A DNA stretch of 64,000 bases from Candidatus Latescibacterota bacterium (lineage in GTDB: Bacteria > Latescibacterota > UBA2968), in contig OZ242195.1 in the NCBI GenBank assembly GCA_965205975.1, positions 5,472,001-5,536,000 on the forward strand, written 5' to 3'. The notes below the pieces were generated by a model. It was not told the origin of the DNA. It saw only the letters and a program-made list of their open reading frames with translations, and ran no database searches. A program made the position numbers and the translations under genes. Position 1 is the first letter of the stretch, and each line of letters begins with the position of its first letter. Below are positions 48,530 through 58,568 of the stretch, piece after piece.

Positions 48530-49177
48530 ATGTCCGATTTTTGGGTTCAAGATGGCGAGACGATGTTGTTTATTGGCGATAGTATTACGGATTGTGGCCG
48601 GCGGGCGGCTGAGGCGCCGCTGGGCAATGGGTATGTGCGGGCGTTTACAGAGATTGTGACGGCGCAGTTTCCCGAGCGAAAGATCAATTATATCAATAGG
48701 GGAATTGGTGGTAATCGCGTGACGCATTTGCACGAGCGCTGGCGAGAAGACGTGATTGATCACGCGCCGGATAAGTTGTCGATTAAGATCGGGATCAATG
48801 ATTTGCACAGCCTTTTGCGACAGGCGGAGGATGCGGTTCCGCCCGCGCGATTTGAAGCGTTGTACGATGCGATTCTGGATGCGACGCAACGGGAGATTGG
48901 ATGTCCTATTGTGCTGATTACGCCGTTTTATATTTCGACGGATACATCCGGGGAGACGTTCCAGAGCGAGGTTATGGCGTTGATTCCGGAGTATATCGGC
49001 ATTGCGGAGAAGATGAGCGAGAAGTACGGGACAAAGCTGTTGCGGTTGCACGATCTTTTCCAGGCGCATTTGAAATATAGAGGTTCAGAAACTTTTTGTC
49101 CAGAGCCTGTGCATCCCAATCGGACGGGGCACTTTATTATTGCGGATGCGTTGTTTAAGATGCTGTGTAAAGGGTGA
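48530..49177 (+). CDS. SGNH/GDSL hydrolase
   Basis: FIGDSITD, NRGIGGN, GIND and EPVHPN motifs. Confidence 0.9.
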   Translation: MSDFWVQDGETMLFIGDSITDCGRRAAEAPLGNGYVRAFTEIVTAQFPERKINYINRGIGGNRVTHLHERWREDVIDHAPDKLSIKIGINDLHSLLRQAEDAVPPARFEALYDAILDATQREIGCPIVLITPFYISTDTSGETFQSEVMALIPEYIGIAEKMSEKYGTKLLRLHDLFQAHLKYRGSETFCPEPVHPNRTGHFIIADALFKMLCKG

Positions 49178-49224
49178 GACTGAGGGGCATACCATATCGG
49201 CTTTCTTCAATTGGAGGCACATCA

Positions 49225-50310
49225 ATGGACAAGCTCAAAATTGCACATATCGGCACGGGGAATCGTGGAACAGGGGTGTATCTTCCGCTCATCGCTAAGT
49301 TGAAGGACGATCTTGAACTGGTCGCTGTTTGCGATGTAAGCGAAGATTCCGTCGAAGCGCAGGGTGCAAAGTATAATGTTGCTGCATATACAGACACCGC
49401 TGAGATGCTGGAAAAAGAGAAGCCGGATATTTGTTCCATTGTTATTACCCCCAGCAATAATCATATCCCGGGGCTGTTGTGCTCTGAACACGGCGTGAGT
49501 TACTGCACCGAGACGCCGATTGATACAGACCTTGGCTGGGCGGACGAGATGATCGCGTCCGCAAAGCAAAATGGGACGAAGATTGAGGTCAATGAAAACT
49601 ATTATCGCGTGCCATCGGAACGGATTAAACGCGAGATGATTCTGGCGGGTGTATTCGGCAAGATCAACGTTGCCTATAACGAATTTCGCGGACACGGGTA
49701 TCACGGGGTCGGCTTGATTCGCAGTTACGTCGGTTTTGATAACGAACCTCTGCGCGTGTTCGGTGTTCGAAAGAGCTTTGCAGTGCAGGAGCACGTCTGG
49801 CGGCGAGGTCAGCCGACACGCGACTCAGAGGATTGGCAACAAGGCGTCATCGAATTTGCCGATGGTGCGGTCGGGGTATTCCATTTCAGCAGTTTGTCTT
49901 ATGGTTCGCCGCTTCGCGGTTTCAACGGTACGAAGTTCTACGCCGAGCGTGGGATGTGCTTCCGCGATGAAGCGGTCATTCTGAATGATACCGCCGATGA
50001 GCAGCGCAAAATCACGATCATCCGCAAAACCAACGATGTCGATGGGTTTGAGACCCTCGCCGCACTCGTGGCGGATACAACGCCGGAGGTGGTGTGGGAA
50101 AATCCGTTGCAAAATTATCCGCTCAGTGATGGCGAAATTACTGTCGCGTCAGAGCTGATGAGTATCGCAAATGCCGTTCGCAACGACACTGAGCCTGAAT
50201 ATGGGGCTTATAACGGTCGCAAGGACCGGGAGATTGACGTGGCGATGGCGAGATCGTGGGCAAATGATGGTGAACCTGTGACGTTCCCATTTGAATACGA
50301 GCGGCGATAG
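49225..50310 (+). CDS. Gfo/Idh/MocA oxidoreductase
   Basis: IGTGNRG, VAVCD and ETP motifs; GGAGG RBS before MDKLK. Confidence 0.85.
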   Translation: MDKLKIAHIGTGNRGTGVYLPLIAKLKDDLELVAVCDVSEDSVEAQGAKYNVAAYTDTAEMLEKEKPDICSIVITPSNNHIPGLLCSEHGVSYCTETPIDTDLGWADEMIASAKQNGTKIEVNENYYRVPSERIKREMILAGVFGKINVAYNEFRGHGYHGVGLIRSYVGFDNEPLRVFGVRKSFAVQEHVWRRGQPTRDSEDWQQGVIEFADGAVGVFHFSSLSYGSPLRGFNGTKFYAERGMCFRDEAVILNDTADEQRKITIIRKTNDVDGFETLAALVADTTPEVVWENPLQNYPLSDGEITVASELMSIANAVRNDTEPEYGAYNGRKDREIDVAMARSWANDGEPVTFPFEYERR

Positions 50311-50312
50311 AG

Positions 50313-51608
50313 TCAGGTCAGCTTTTTCAGCCGTTCTGCTGCTTCGTTCAGGCTGTCGAGGGTGCGGCAGAAGGCAAATCGCAAGTATCGGTTGCCTTCA
50401 TTGCCCGTTGCGTAGAAGTTGTCGCCTGGTACAGGGGTGACGCCGATTTCCCGGGTCATGTACAGGGCGGCATCGGTTGGATTCATGTCGCATAAGGTGG
50501 GGACGGAGCGGTAATCGGCAAAGAGGTAGTAGGAGCCGTCGGGTGGGGTGATTTTGAATCCGGTGGATTGGAGGGCTTTGAGGAGCAGGTTGCGTTTTTG
50601 CAAGAATGGTTTGTGAATATTTTTGAAGATGGCGTCGGGCAACCGCAACAGGTGCTCGGCGCCTTTTTGCAATGGGGTGGGGGCCTGTACGACGAGGGTA
50701 TCGTGAACAGCGCGAATCCGCGGGGTGTGTTGTTCGGGCGATATGACCCAGCCGACGCGCCAGCCGCTGGCGTTGGCGGTTTTGGTGATGGCGTTGACGA
50801 CGATGGTGCGCTCGGCCATGCCGGCGAGTGTTGCGGGGCAGATGTGGACGCAATCGCCGTAGAGGATGTGTTCGTAGATTTCGTCGGTGATTAAAAATAG
50901 GTCGTGTTTGCAGCAGAGGTCTGCGATGAAGACGAGTTCTGATTCGGAGAAGACTTTGCCCGTGGGGTTGTGTGGCGTGTTGAGGATGAGTGCGCGCGCG
51001 CGTTTTGCCGCGGTAGCCCATTCGTCTTTGTCGATTGCCCAGCCACCGCTTTTTTCGCGGAGGGTGACATATTCGCAATGTAGCCCAAAAAGGCTGGCCT
51101 GGTTGGGATACATTTCGTGAAAGGGTTGTAAGACGATGACGCTGTCGCCAGGATTGCACAGGGCGCGAAGTGTTGAGGATAGTCCTTCGGTCGCGCCTGC
51201 GGTGACGGTGATTTGCGTCTCGGGGTTGGGGCGAAAGGCGTAGAATCGCCAGGTGTAGTCTGCGATGGCTTCCCGCAGTTCGGGCAATCCGTAGGGGAAG
51301 GAATACTGGTTGTAGCGGTCGTGCTCGGGACGGAGGATGGCGCAGAGGTCTTTGAGAGAATGGTTATCGTTGTCCGGGTTGCGCGAGAGGAGGTCGCGCA
51401 GGGTGAGCGCGTGCAATTGCTCTGCGCCTTCATCTGAGCCGCCCAGTATGGCGGCGATGCCCGCCCAGGCGAGGTCGTAGAGTACGGGTTCGTCTGTGAT
51501 CCCTTGAGAGAGGTTTACGGCATTGTGCTCAAGGGATAGGCGGGTCATGCGCCGGATGACGGATTCTTGTGGGGAAGAATCTCTTATCCCAGCAGTCTCT
51601 GTTCCCAT
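50313..51608 (-). CDS. PLP-dependent aminotransferase, class I/II
   Basis: NLSQG, GATEG, NTPHNPTG, DEIYEH, TKT...GWRVGW and LRFAFC motifs. Confidence 0.9.
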   Translation of the reverse strand: MGTETAGIRDSSPQESVIRRMTRLSLEHNAVNLSQGITDEPVLYDLAWAGIAAILGGSDEGAEQLHALTLRDLLSRNPDNDNHSLKDLCAILRPEHDRYNQYSFPYGLPELREAIADYTWRFYAFRPNPETQITVTAGATEGLSSTLRALCNPGDSVIVLQPFHEMYPNQASLFGLHCEYVTLREKSGGWAIDKDEWATAAKRARALILNTPHNPTGKVFSESELVFIADLCCKHDLFLITDEIYEHILYGDCVHICPATLAGMAERTIVVNAITKTANASGWRVGWVISPEQHTPRIRAVHDTLVVQAPTPLQKGAEHLLRLPDAIFKNIHKPFLQKRNLLLKALQSTGFKITPPDGSYYLFADYRSVPTLCDMNPTDAALYMTREIGVTPVPGDNFYATGNEGNRYLRFAFCRTLDSLNEAAERLKKLT

Positions 51609-52945
51609 GTTTTTATGTATTCTTCGGGCGATAGTTGGCTGTCCGGTGCGCTTTGATGTTTGTCGTACATGTCTTCTGCTTGTGCTGCGATGACCTCTGG
51701 ATCTTCGGGGATTTCGCCCTGGTCGCCGTAGGTTTCGATCCAGTTGTCGAGGCGCGCGCTAAGGTCGTTGAGCACGTTCTGATGGTCTGGCGATTCTGCG
51801 AGGTTTTCGACTTCGTGGGGGTCGGCTTGCAGGTCGTAGAGTTCTTCGTAAGGGCGATAGGGCGCGAGGAATTTTGCCTGTGCTTCGGTGAGTTTGCCTT
51901 CTTTGCCGAGCAGGGGCAGGAGTGTCCAGAGGGGGTATTGCTGGTATTTGTAGCGGTTGAATTGCATGTAGGGGCGGTCGGGGTGATAGTTGCGTATGTA
52001 TTTGTAGTTTTTGGTGCGTACGCAGCGGATGCGATCTACTGTGCCGTCACATCGGTCGCGTGCTGAGAAGACTTCGGTGCGGGATTTTGCATCGGGACCG
52101 AGGAAGATGTTGCCTTCCATTTCCGGGGGGACTTCTAAACCCGCGAGCGAGAGTGCGGTGGGTGCGAGGTCTATGCCGCTGACGAGTTCGTCGCTTACGA
52201 CGCCTGCGTCGATGTGCCCGGGCCAGCGCACAATGCAGGGTATGCGAATGCCGCCGTCGTACAGGAATTGTTTGTCGCGGATATGCGCGCGTCCGTGATC
52301 GGCGATGAGGAAGACAATAGTGTTGTCGGCTATGCCTTCGTCTTCAAGGCGCTGGAGTACCTGCCCGACTTTGTGGTCGAAGACCTGAGCACTTTCGAGA
52401 TACATGGCCCAATCTTTTCTGATGAGGGGGTGATCGGGATAATAAGGCGGGATCTCTACGGCGTCGGGATCGACGGGGTTTTGCGGGTCGGGCGTGAAGT
52501 TGCGATGGGTGTCTGTGATGTTGTTCTGGGCGTAAAAGGGCTGGTCCCCGGCGCGCTGAGTCCAGTCGATGCCGTCAAAGACGCCGTTGCGCTGGAAGTT
52601 GAAGTCGGTTTTGCCGGGTTTGTCAAAGGGCGGTCCCGGGCTGTTGCAGGTGTAATATCCCGCATCGCGGAAGTAGTCGGTGATGAGGCGAATGTGTTCG
52701 GGCAATGGGGTGTCGCGTTTGCTGCGGTGGTTGTGCGCGCCAAAGCTGGTTTGATAGCGGCCGGTGATGATGGCCGATCTGCTCGGGGAACACACCGGGC
52801 AGGTGACAAACGCATTTGTGAATAGTGTGCCTTCCGATGCGAGTTTGTCGATGTTGGGTGTTTGCACGGCTGGCGTGCCATAGCAGGCGAGGTTGGGATA
52901 GAGGTCTTCGCCGTAGATCCAGAGGATATTGGGTTTATTGGGCAT
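51584..52945 (-). CDS. Sulfatase (sulfamidase-like)
   Basis: KPNILWI, CSPSRSAIITG, DHG and ARDRCD motifs. Confidence 0.92.
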   Translation of the reverse strand: MPNKPNILWIYGEDLYPNLACYGTPAVQTPNIDKLASEGTLFTNAFVTCPVCSPSRSAIITGRYQTSFGAHNHRSKRDTPLPEHIRLITDYFRDAGYYTCNSPGPPFDKPGKTDFNFQRNGVFDGIDWTQRAGDQPFYAQNNITDTHRNFTPDPQNPVDPDAVEIPPYYPDHPLIRKDWAMYLESAQVFDHKVGQVLQRLEDEGIADNTIVFLIADHGRAHIRDKQFLYDGGIRIPCIVRWPGHIDAGVVSDELVSGIDLAPTALSLAGLEVPPEMEGNIFLGPDAKSRTEVFSARDRCDGTVDRIRCVRTKNYKYIRNYHPDRPYMQFNRYKYQQYPLWTLLPLLGKEGKLTEAQAKFLAPYRPYEELYDLQADPHEVENLAESPDHQNVLNDLSARLDNWIETYGDQGEIPEDPEVIAAQAEDMYDKHQSAPDSQLSPEEYIKTWEQRLLG

Positions 52946-52965
52946 GGTGAAAAATCCATTCGTTT

Positions 52966-52990
52966 GTAGGGGCAGGTCTTGTGCCTGCCC
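52966..52990 (+). repeat. GTAG-type REP-like palindrome
   Basis: GTAG-GGGCAGG-tcttgtg-CCTGCCC. Confidence 0.8.
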
Positions 52991-53018
52991 GTTGGATGGT
53001 TGGTCTGATTAGTCCAGT

Positions 53019-53822
53019 TTATCGCGCGCCACATGCTTGCAAGGATGCTTGCATGTGTCCGCGGGTTTCCGCGCCGATGATGCAACATTGTTCCAGGCTG
53101 TATCCTTGTGCTCTTGTGCCGATGACTTCGAGGTTGACGGGTCCGTCGTAACCGTTTTCGTGGAGGACGCGGATATAACCGACGAGGTCGATGTCGCCGC
53201 GGCCATTGGCCTGGTTTGCAGGATCACCGGGACCGCGTTCTCGGCCTTTGCAGTCGCGGATGTGGACGTGTTTGACGCGCGAGACGACGGCTGCGATGGC
53301 TTCAACTGGATTTTCGTTTGCGCGGTGAATATGCGAGGGGTCCATGTCAATGCCAAAGGCGGGAGATGAGATGGCTTCCATCGCCCGCAGGGTGGTTGGG
53401 GTGTTGTAGATGGCTGCGCCCACATGGGCTTTGACGCAGAGGGTTACGCCGTATGTTTCGGCTCTGTTGGCGAGGTTGCCGAGGGAGTCGATGCTTTGCT
53501 GGAAGGTTTCTTCGTCGTCTGATTTTCCACCCGGACCGCAATTGACGACGGGGATGCCGGCTTCGTTTGCAGCTTGAAATGCTTTTTCCATGGTGTCGGG
53601 ATCTTGCCTGGGTTGTTCCATGGCGAGGAGTTCGAGGCCGTATTCACGTCCCAGACGCTTGGCTTCCCGGGCTGTTTCGCGCCAGTTGTCGAGGACGAGG
53701 TGCTGGCTCATGCCGCCAATTGCCGAGACTTCTATGCCGTCGTATCCTGCCATGGCGGTGTACTTAAAAGCGGTTTCCATGTCCCACGCGCCAAAAAGAA
53801 CAGAGTTGAGTCCGAGTTTCAT
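53019..53822 (-). CDS. Sugar phosphate isomerase/epimerase (xylose-isomerase-like TIM barrel)
   Basis: GYDGIE, DPSH, HVHIRD, G.G.ID and GYDGPVNLE motifs. Confidence 0.85.
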   Translation of the reverse strand: MKLGLNSVLFGAWDMETAFKYTAMAGYDGIEVSAIGGMSQHLVLDNWRETAREAKRLGREYGLELLAMEQPRQDPDTMEKAFQAANEAGIPVVNCGPGGKSDDEETFQQSIDSLGNLANRAETYGVTLCVKAHVGAAIYNTPTTLRAMEAISSPAFGIDMDPSHIHRANENPVEAIAAVVSRVKHVHIRDCKGRERGPGDPANQANGRGDIDLVGYIRVLHENGYDGPVNLEVIGTRAQGYSLEQCCIIGAETRGHMQASLQACGAR

Positions 53823-53841
53823 GTTTCCTCCTGTAAGGGGT

Positions 53842-54897
53842 TTATTGATTCTGCATCGCTGGCAAGTCTGTGCGCGATCCTCGCACGTCTATCGCTGCTC
53901 TGGAGAGCCGAGCCTGGGGTGCTTCGCCTTTTAAGATTCGTTCAAAATCATCGCCGATGACTTCGGCGACTTGCAAGTTCGCGTCTCGCGTGCGCCCGGC
54001 AATGTGGGGTGTGTGTACCACATTGTTCCGATTGCGCAATAAGTCGTCTGTGGGCACTGGTTCGTTGTCATATACGTCAAATGCACCGGCGAGTTCGTTG
54101 GCGATGATGCGTTCCCGCAATGCGTCCATATCGACGGCATGTGCGCGGGTGGTGATTACGATTAGGCTGCCTTTGCGCAATCGATAGATGCGTTCCCGCG
54201 ATAGGATTTTTCTGGCAGATGGCGTTGGTGGTATGGTGACGACGACTATCTCGCTTTCATCTACGAGGGTGTCCATTTCCACGCCTTCTACGCCGAGTTC
54301 ATCCAATCGCGATTTTGGAATAAATGGATCGTAGCCGAGGACGCGCGAGCCGAGGGCGTTGCACCACGATGCCATCCGTCCGCCGATTTGTCCCAGTCCC
54401 ATGACGCCGACGGTTTTTGTTCCCAATGTGCCGTTGACGAAATCTGGGTTGTCGCAAAATTGCACGTATTCAAAATTCCACAGACGTTCTCCCGATGCCA
54501 TGCGCTTGTGCCATTGCGGTATCATGCGCAGGGCGTTTAATGTCAGGGCGAGTGTGATTTCTGCGACAGACGCCGCCCACGCACGCGTGCCATCAATGAT
54601 GGGGATATCGCGTTCGAACAGGCCATTGACTGGAAGAGAGCGGTGGCCCCAATTATCCAACACGCCCCCCACGGCTTTCAATTCGGGCGCGCGTGCCAAA
54701 CACGCTTTTGTCAACTGTCCGCCGAATAGCGCGATGGCCGATACATGTGACAAATCCGTCAATTCCGAAAGAGGTACGCCGCGTTCTACCTGTACTATGC
54801 GCACTTCATCTATTTCATTTAGCCGCGCTATCAGTGCCTCTGGTACAAACGGCCATGATCGTTCCAGGTTTTCCGTCCGGGCAAACAAAATCGCCAT
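53842..54897 (-). CDS. D-isomer-specific 2-hydroxyacid dehydrogenase
   Basis: GLGQIG, YDPF, DVY..EP and TPHIAG motifs. Confidence 0.88.
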   Translation of the reverse strand: MAILFARTENLERSWPFVPEALIARLNEIDEVRIVQVERGVPLSELTDLSHVSAIALFGGQLTKACLARAPELKAVGGVLDNWGHRSLPVNGLFERDIPIIDGTRAWAASVAEITLALTLNALRMIPQWHKRMASGERLWNFEYVQFCDNPDFVNGTLGTKTVGVMGLGQIGGRMASWCNALGSRVLGYDPFIPKSRLDELGVEGVEMDTLVDESEIVVVTIPPTPSARKILSRERIYRLRKGSLIVITTRAHAVDMDALRERIIANELAGAFDVYDNEPVPTDDLLRNRNNVVHTPHIAGRTRDANLQVAEVIGDDFERILKGEAPQARLSRAAIDVRGSRTDLPAMQNQ

Positions 54898-55046
54898 TAT
54901 CCGTCCTTTCTAAAAAATAACTTTGTTCTTTTACATGAATTGCAAGATAATGCGTCTTGTCTGGACAAACAAGAACCAAAAAATGCGGATGTATTGTGAG
55001 GTGGGAAAGGAACTTGTACCTGTGCATTTGGCTGTATATAAATTTT

Positions 55047-55074
55047 TTGACTTATGCGTTCTGTATGTTATCAT
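55047..55074 (+). promoter_or_regulatory. Putative sigma70 promoter for the SDR gene
   Basis: TTGACT-16 nt-TATCAT with an extended -10 TG. Confidence 0.5.
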
Positions 55075-55114
55075 GCGTTTAGATATAAACCACAACTCAT
55101 CAGGAGATTTGACT

Positions 55115-55867
55115 ATGAGTAGCAAAGTTGCAATTGTCACTGGCGCGGGCAGCGGGATTGGGAAATACACCACGCTTGCCTTTTTGGATGCGGGATATTC
55201 TGTTGCCCTGGCAGGACGACGCGAAGATCCCTTGAAAGCCACGGTAAGTGAAGCGGGTGTAGATGATTCGAAGACGCTTGTTGTACCGACAGATGTTGGC
55301 GATCCAGCATCTGTGGAAAATCTATTTGCACGGACAAAAGAGAAATTTGGACGCCTGGATGTGGTTTTCAACAATGCGGGTGTGGGCGCGCCTGGTGTCA
55401 ATATCGAGGATTTGACTTTTGAGCAATGGCAAACGGTCGTCAATACCAATTTAACGGGTGTCTTTTTGTGTATTCAGGAGGCATTTAAAATTATGAAAGA
55501 TCAGACGCCTCGGGGTGGGAGGATCATCAATAACGGATCGATATCGGCGCATGTCCCCCGTCCAAATTCTGCGCCTTATACGGCGACCAAACACGCAGTG
55601 TCCGGTCTGACCAAATCCGCTTCGCTCGATGGGCGCAAATACGATATCGCCTGCGGGCAAATCGATATTGGCAATGCAGCGACCGATATGACCGAGCGCA
55701 TGAAAAACGGTGTTCCGCAAGCCAATGGATCTACCCTCGTAGAACCGACAATGGATGTCAGAGGCGTTGCACAAGCGGTGCTCAATATGGCGAGTCTTCC
55801 GTTAGATGCAAATGTTCAGTTTATGACGATTATGGCGACTAAGATGCCTTATATTGGGCGCGGGTAA
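55115..55867 (+). CDS. Short-chain dehydrogenase/reductase
   Basis: [12 protein letters not shown] and YTATK motifs; AGGAG RBS. Confidence 0.93.
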   Translation: MSSKVAIVTGAGSGIGKYTTLAFLDAGYSVALAGRREDPLKATVSEAGVDDSKTLVVPTDVGDPASVENLFARTKEKFGRLDVVFNNAGVGAPGVNIEDLTFEQWQTVVNTNLTGVFLCIQEAFKIMKDQTPRGGRIINNGSISAHVPRPNSAPYTATKHAVSGLTKSASLDGRKYDIACGQIDIGNAATDMTERMKNGVPQANGSTLVEPTMDVRGVAQAVLNMASLPLDANVQFMTIMATKMPYIGRG

Positions 55868-55879
55868 GATAGATAAATA

Positions 55880-55910
55880 AAAAAAGACCGGACGCTTTGT
55901 CCGGTCTTTT
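55880..55910. terminator. Bidirectional terminator
   Basis: AAAAGACCGGAC-gcttt-GTCCGGTCTTTT between convergent genes. Confidence 0.8.
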
Positions 55911-55932
55911 GGTTTGTACTATGGGAGAGGGG

Positions 55933-58416
55933 TTACATTCCCAGCATGTATGAGACTTTTATGAGAACGGCCCGGTTTCTTTCGCCCCATTCGCGCAAGA
56001 CATCCCGGTCGTCCAGGTTATGGTCATAAGTCACATCAAAGCCCTGGTCATAGACAAAGTAAATATCGCTGCCGGGGCGGAAACGGTAATTCAGCAATAC
56101 GTTTACGCTGGCCTGTTCGCTGTCATTATTCCACTGGGCGAATAGTTTGACATAAAAGTCCGTGGAAAATGAATAGATCAAGCGGTTGCTCAATACCTGT
56201 ATATTGAAGTTGCCCTGGGGCAAGCGCAGCCAGTTGACTTCGTAATCTGTTTCAATCGAAAGTTTCCCAGAAGGTCTATAGCTGTTTTCGAGTGAAAGTT
56301 TATATCGCTTGCCCGTGTAATAGTTGCCGATTTCAATGTCGAACTCGGGGCGGACTTTCCGCGAGCGGCTCGGATAGGGACCGGTTCCGAATTTTGTAAA
56401 AGTGTATGTGCCGTGTGGGATAATTATATCTGGTCGCTTTTTAGATGGCTTGAATGTGCGTTCGACCACGTCGTGCGTTCGAGCAAATTCGACGCGATAC
56501 CAGTCTCCGGCGTTGAATCGCGTGTAAGTAGATACCTGCAAATCCCAGAATTTGACTTTGTTTATTGGATCACTGGGATCTGTAAAGAGCCGAAACCTTG
56601 GTCCTGTGGATATATAGCGAATGAGATCCGTATTGGCGGGTATTCGCGCTCTGAATTGTGCCTCGTATCGCCGGAGTCTCTTCAATCCAGCGCGGCGGTT
56701 GACAAATCCGGCTTTGGGTAGAAAATGCTCTCCAATATCGACGTATTTTAGCGTACTGGAATAAATACCCCCCGAATAGGTGGCCTGTAAAAATCCCGCG
56801 GCCCCTGTCGGCGCATCTTCAGCAGAATCCCAGGTTTTCGCGTAAAATCCCTGAAAATTGAGGGCATTGGATGGCGAGAAACTAAAATCAAGGCCGGCAG
56901 CGCGGTTGTATTGATCCCAACCCGAGTCCGGAACAGGGGTTTGTTTGTTCACGACAATGGCACCGATATTTGATCGCGCTATCACATCGTGCTTCAGGCG
57001 CAAGACCGAGAAATTGCTGCGCTGAACAAATGTATCATCGTGAAGCGTTTTGGAATCCGTCAACACATTCAATGCGCCAATGCTCGTTTTGCCGGCTTTG
57101 CCCGCCAGTTTGCTGCCCAAAAGAATGGGTACGGGTTCCCCCGATTCCAGGCCGATTCGGCGGCTGTAAAATAAAATAGTAGGTGGGCGGCTGTCCCCGC
57201 CGCGTCTCGTGGCGGCTTCGCCAAAGTCAAAGAGATTGGATCCCTCCAGGAAGAATTCGCGCTTTTCGGGAAAGAATTGCGAGAATTGCGTCAGGTTCAC
57301 TTCCTCCTGGTCCCCTTCAACCTGGGCAAAATCGGTATTATAAGACAGGTCCAGTATCATATTGGGCGTGAGGCCATATCGCACATCTACACCCGATTCA
57401 AAGGTCTCTTGTACAGATGTATCATCCGCCTGCAAATCTTTTAGTGCGCCGGGCAAAATGTATGGCTTGATCTGAAAAACGCGGCGGGTCTTTAAGGATT
57501 TTAAGCCCCTGAGTTCTGCGAGGTCTGTGGTGCGATAGCGCTGCGTTGGTGATGTCGATCTTTGTCCGATCATCAGTGCTGTCGATTCGGTTTTGCGGGC
57601 AATAAATCTCGCGAGGTTAATGCCCCATACCGAATCATCTTCGTCCTTAAATCGCAGTTGGTCAAATGGAATCGCTACCTCAACCGACCACCCTTTATCG
57701 TGTCGGTGTCCTTTGGCTTCCCAGATACAATCCCAATCATCGTTGTAGGTGCGGCCTTCCCGCGATAGGATCAGATCGCGCTTTGCGCCGAGGGAGTTGA
57801 CGAAGAAGAATGCGCCAGTTTGACGGTCGTTATAAGTGTCCAGAAGGATTTGCACATTGTCATCGCCCCATACTTCGGAATCGCGTCGCATGTTATTTGC
57901 CACGATTTTTTGTGGCTCAGAATCAAAACATTCAAATCCGAAATAGATTTTTGTCCGGTCGTAAACAATACGGGCTGTTGTGCGTTCGGTGCTCGGCACC
58001 CAGTAGCCCGGGTCGCGCTGGACAAATCCCTCGATGGGTTTTGCATTTTGCCACGCAGGGTCGTCCAAACGCCCATCCATCTTGGGACCCTTATCGACGC
58101 GGGTGGCGTAAACCGCACGGGGTGCATCGTTAGAAGTCTGTGTGGTGACAACGCGAATGCGATCCGATACCTTTACGGGTGAGCCGTTTTCTTCGACCAC
58201 GCGCGCTACGAGTACGTCGTCGAGTTTTTTGATGACCTGAAGCGTTGACCCATTATCCATCTGCAATTGACTGCCCAGGGATGCCGCCCCGTTGAGTCCA
58301 GATACATAAGCGAGATCGCCCGTGATTTCTTTGACAATGCCGGCTGTGTCTTCACTCTCAGCCGACGGCGCGCAAATCGCTATACAGATAAGCCCAAGCA
58401 AGCACGCTCTGATCAT
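55933..58416 (-). CDS. CBM9-like plus DUF5916-type outer-membrane protein
   Basis: Signal peptide; DGRLDDPAW, GWSVEVAIPFDQLRF, NTDFAQVE, FPEKREFFLEG and LFYSRRIG motifs. Confidence 0.85.
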   Translation of the reverse strand: MIRACLLGLICIAICAPSAESEDTAGIVKEITGDLAYVSGLNGAASLGSQLQMDNGSTLQVIKKLDDVLVARVVEENGSPVKVSDRIRVVTTQTSNDAPRAVYATRVDKGPKMDGRLDDPAWQNAKPIEGFVQRDPGYWVPSTERTTARIVYDRTKIYFGFECFDSEPQKIVANNMRRDSEVWGDDNVQILLDTYNDRQTGAFFFVNSLGAKRDLILSREGRTYNDDWDCIWEAKGHRHDKGWSVEVAIPFDQLRFKDEDDSVWGINLARFIARKTESTALMIGQRSTSPTQRYRTTDLAELRGLKSLKTRRVFQIKPYILPGALKDLQADDTSVQETFESGVDVRYGLTPNMILDLSYNTDFAQVEGDQEEVNLTQFSQFFPEKREFFLEGSNLFDFGEAATRRGGDSRPPTILFYSRRIGLESGEPVPILLGSKLAGKAGKTSIGALNVLTDSKTLHDDTFVQRSNFSVLRLKHDVIARSNIGAIVVNKQTPVPDSGWDQYNRAAGLDFSFSPSNALNFQGFYAKTWDSAEDAPTGAAGFLQATYSGGIYSSTLKYVDIGEHFLPKAGFVNRRAGLKRLRRYEAQFRARIPANTDLIRYISTGPRFRLFTDPSDPINKVKFWDLQVSTYTRFNAGDWYRVEFARTHDVVERTFKPSKKRPDIIIPHGTYTFTKFGTGPYPSRSRKVRPEFDIEIGNYYTGKRYKLSLENSYRPSGKLSIETDYEVNWLRLPQGNFNIQVLSNRLIYSFSTDFYVKLFAQWNNDSEQASVNVLLNYRFRPGSDIYFVYDQGFDVTYDHNLDDRDVLREWGERNRAVLIKVSYMLGM

Positions 58417-58568
58417 ATTTTGCTCCTGAGAAAGTGGTCAGTAGCCTGTATTCACCGCCCAATCCCGGTAGGGCGGGATGGCTCTAAGTAAGTTTTTACT
58501 TACTTATATACATAATGTAACGAAAAATAAAATTTTCGCATTATTTTTTTCAAAAAATAGATGGGTGA

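Noticed and set aside
48512..49069. N-terminal ~186 aa of the 445-aa ORF (apparent ModA fusion)
   Set aside because: This is the antisense shadow of the SGNH hydrolase; the ModA signal peptide starts at 48511.
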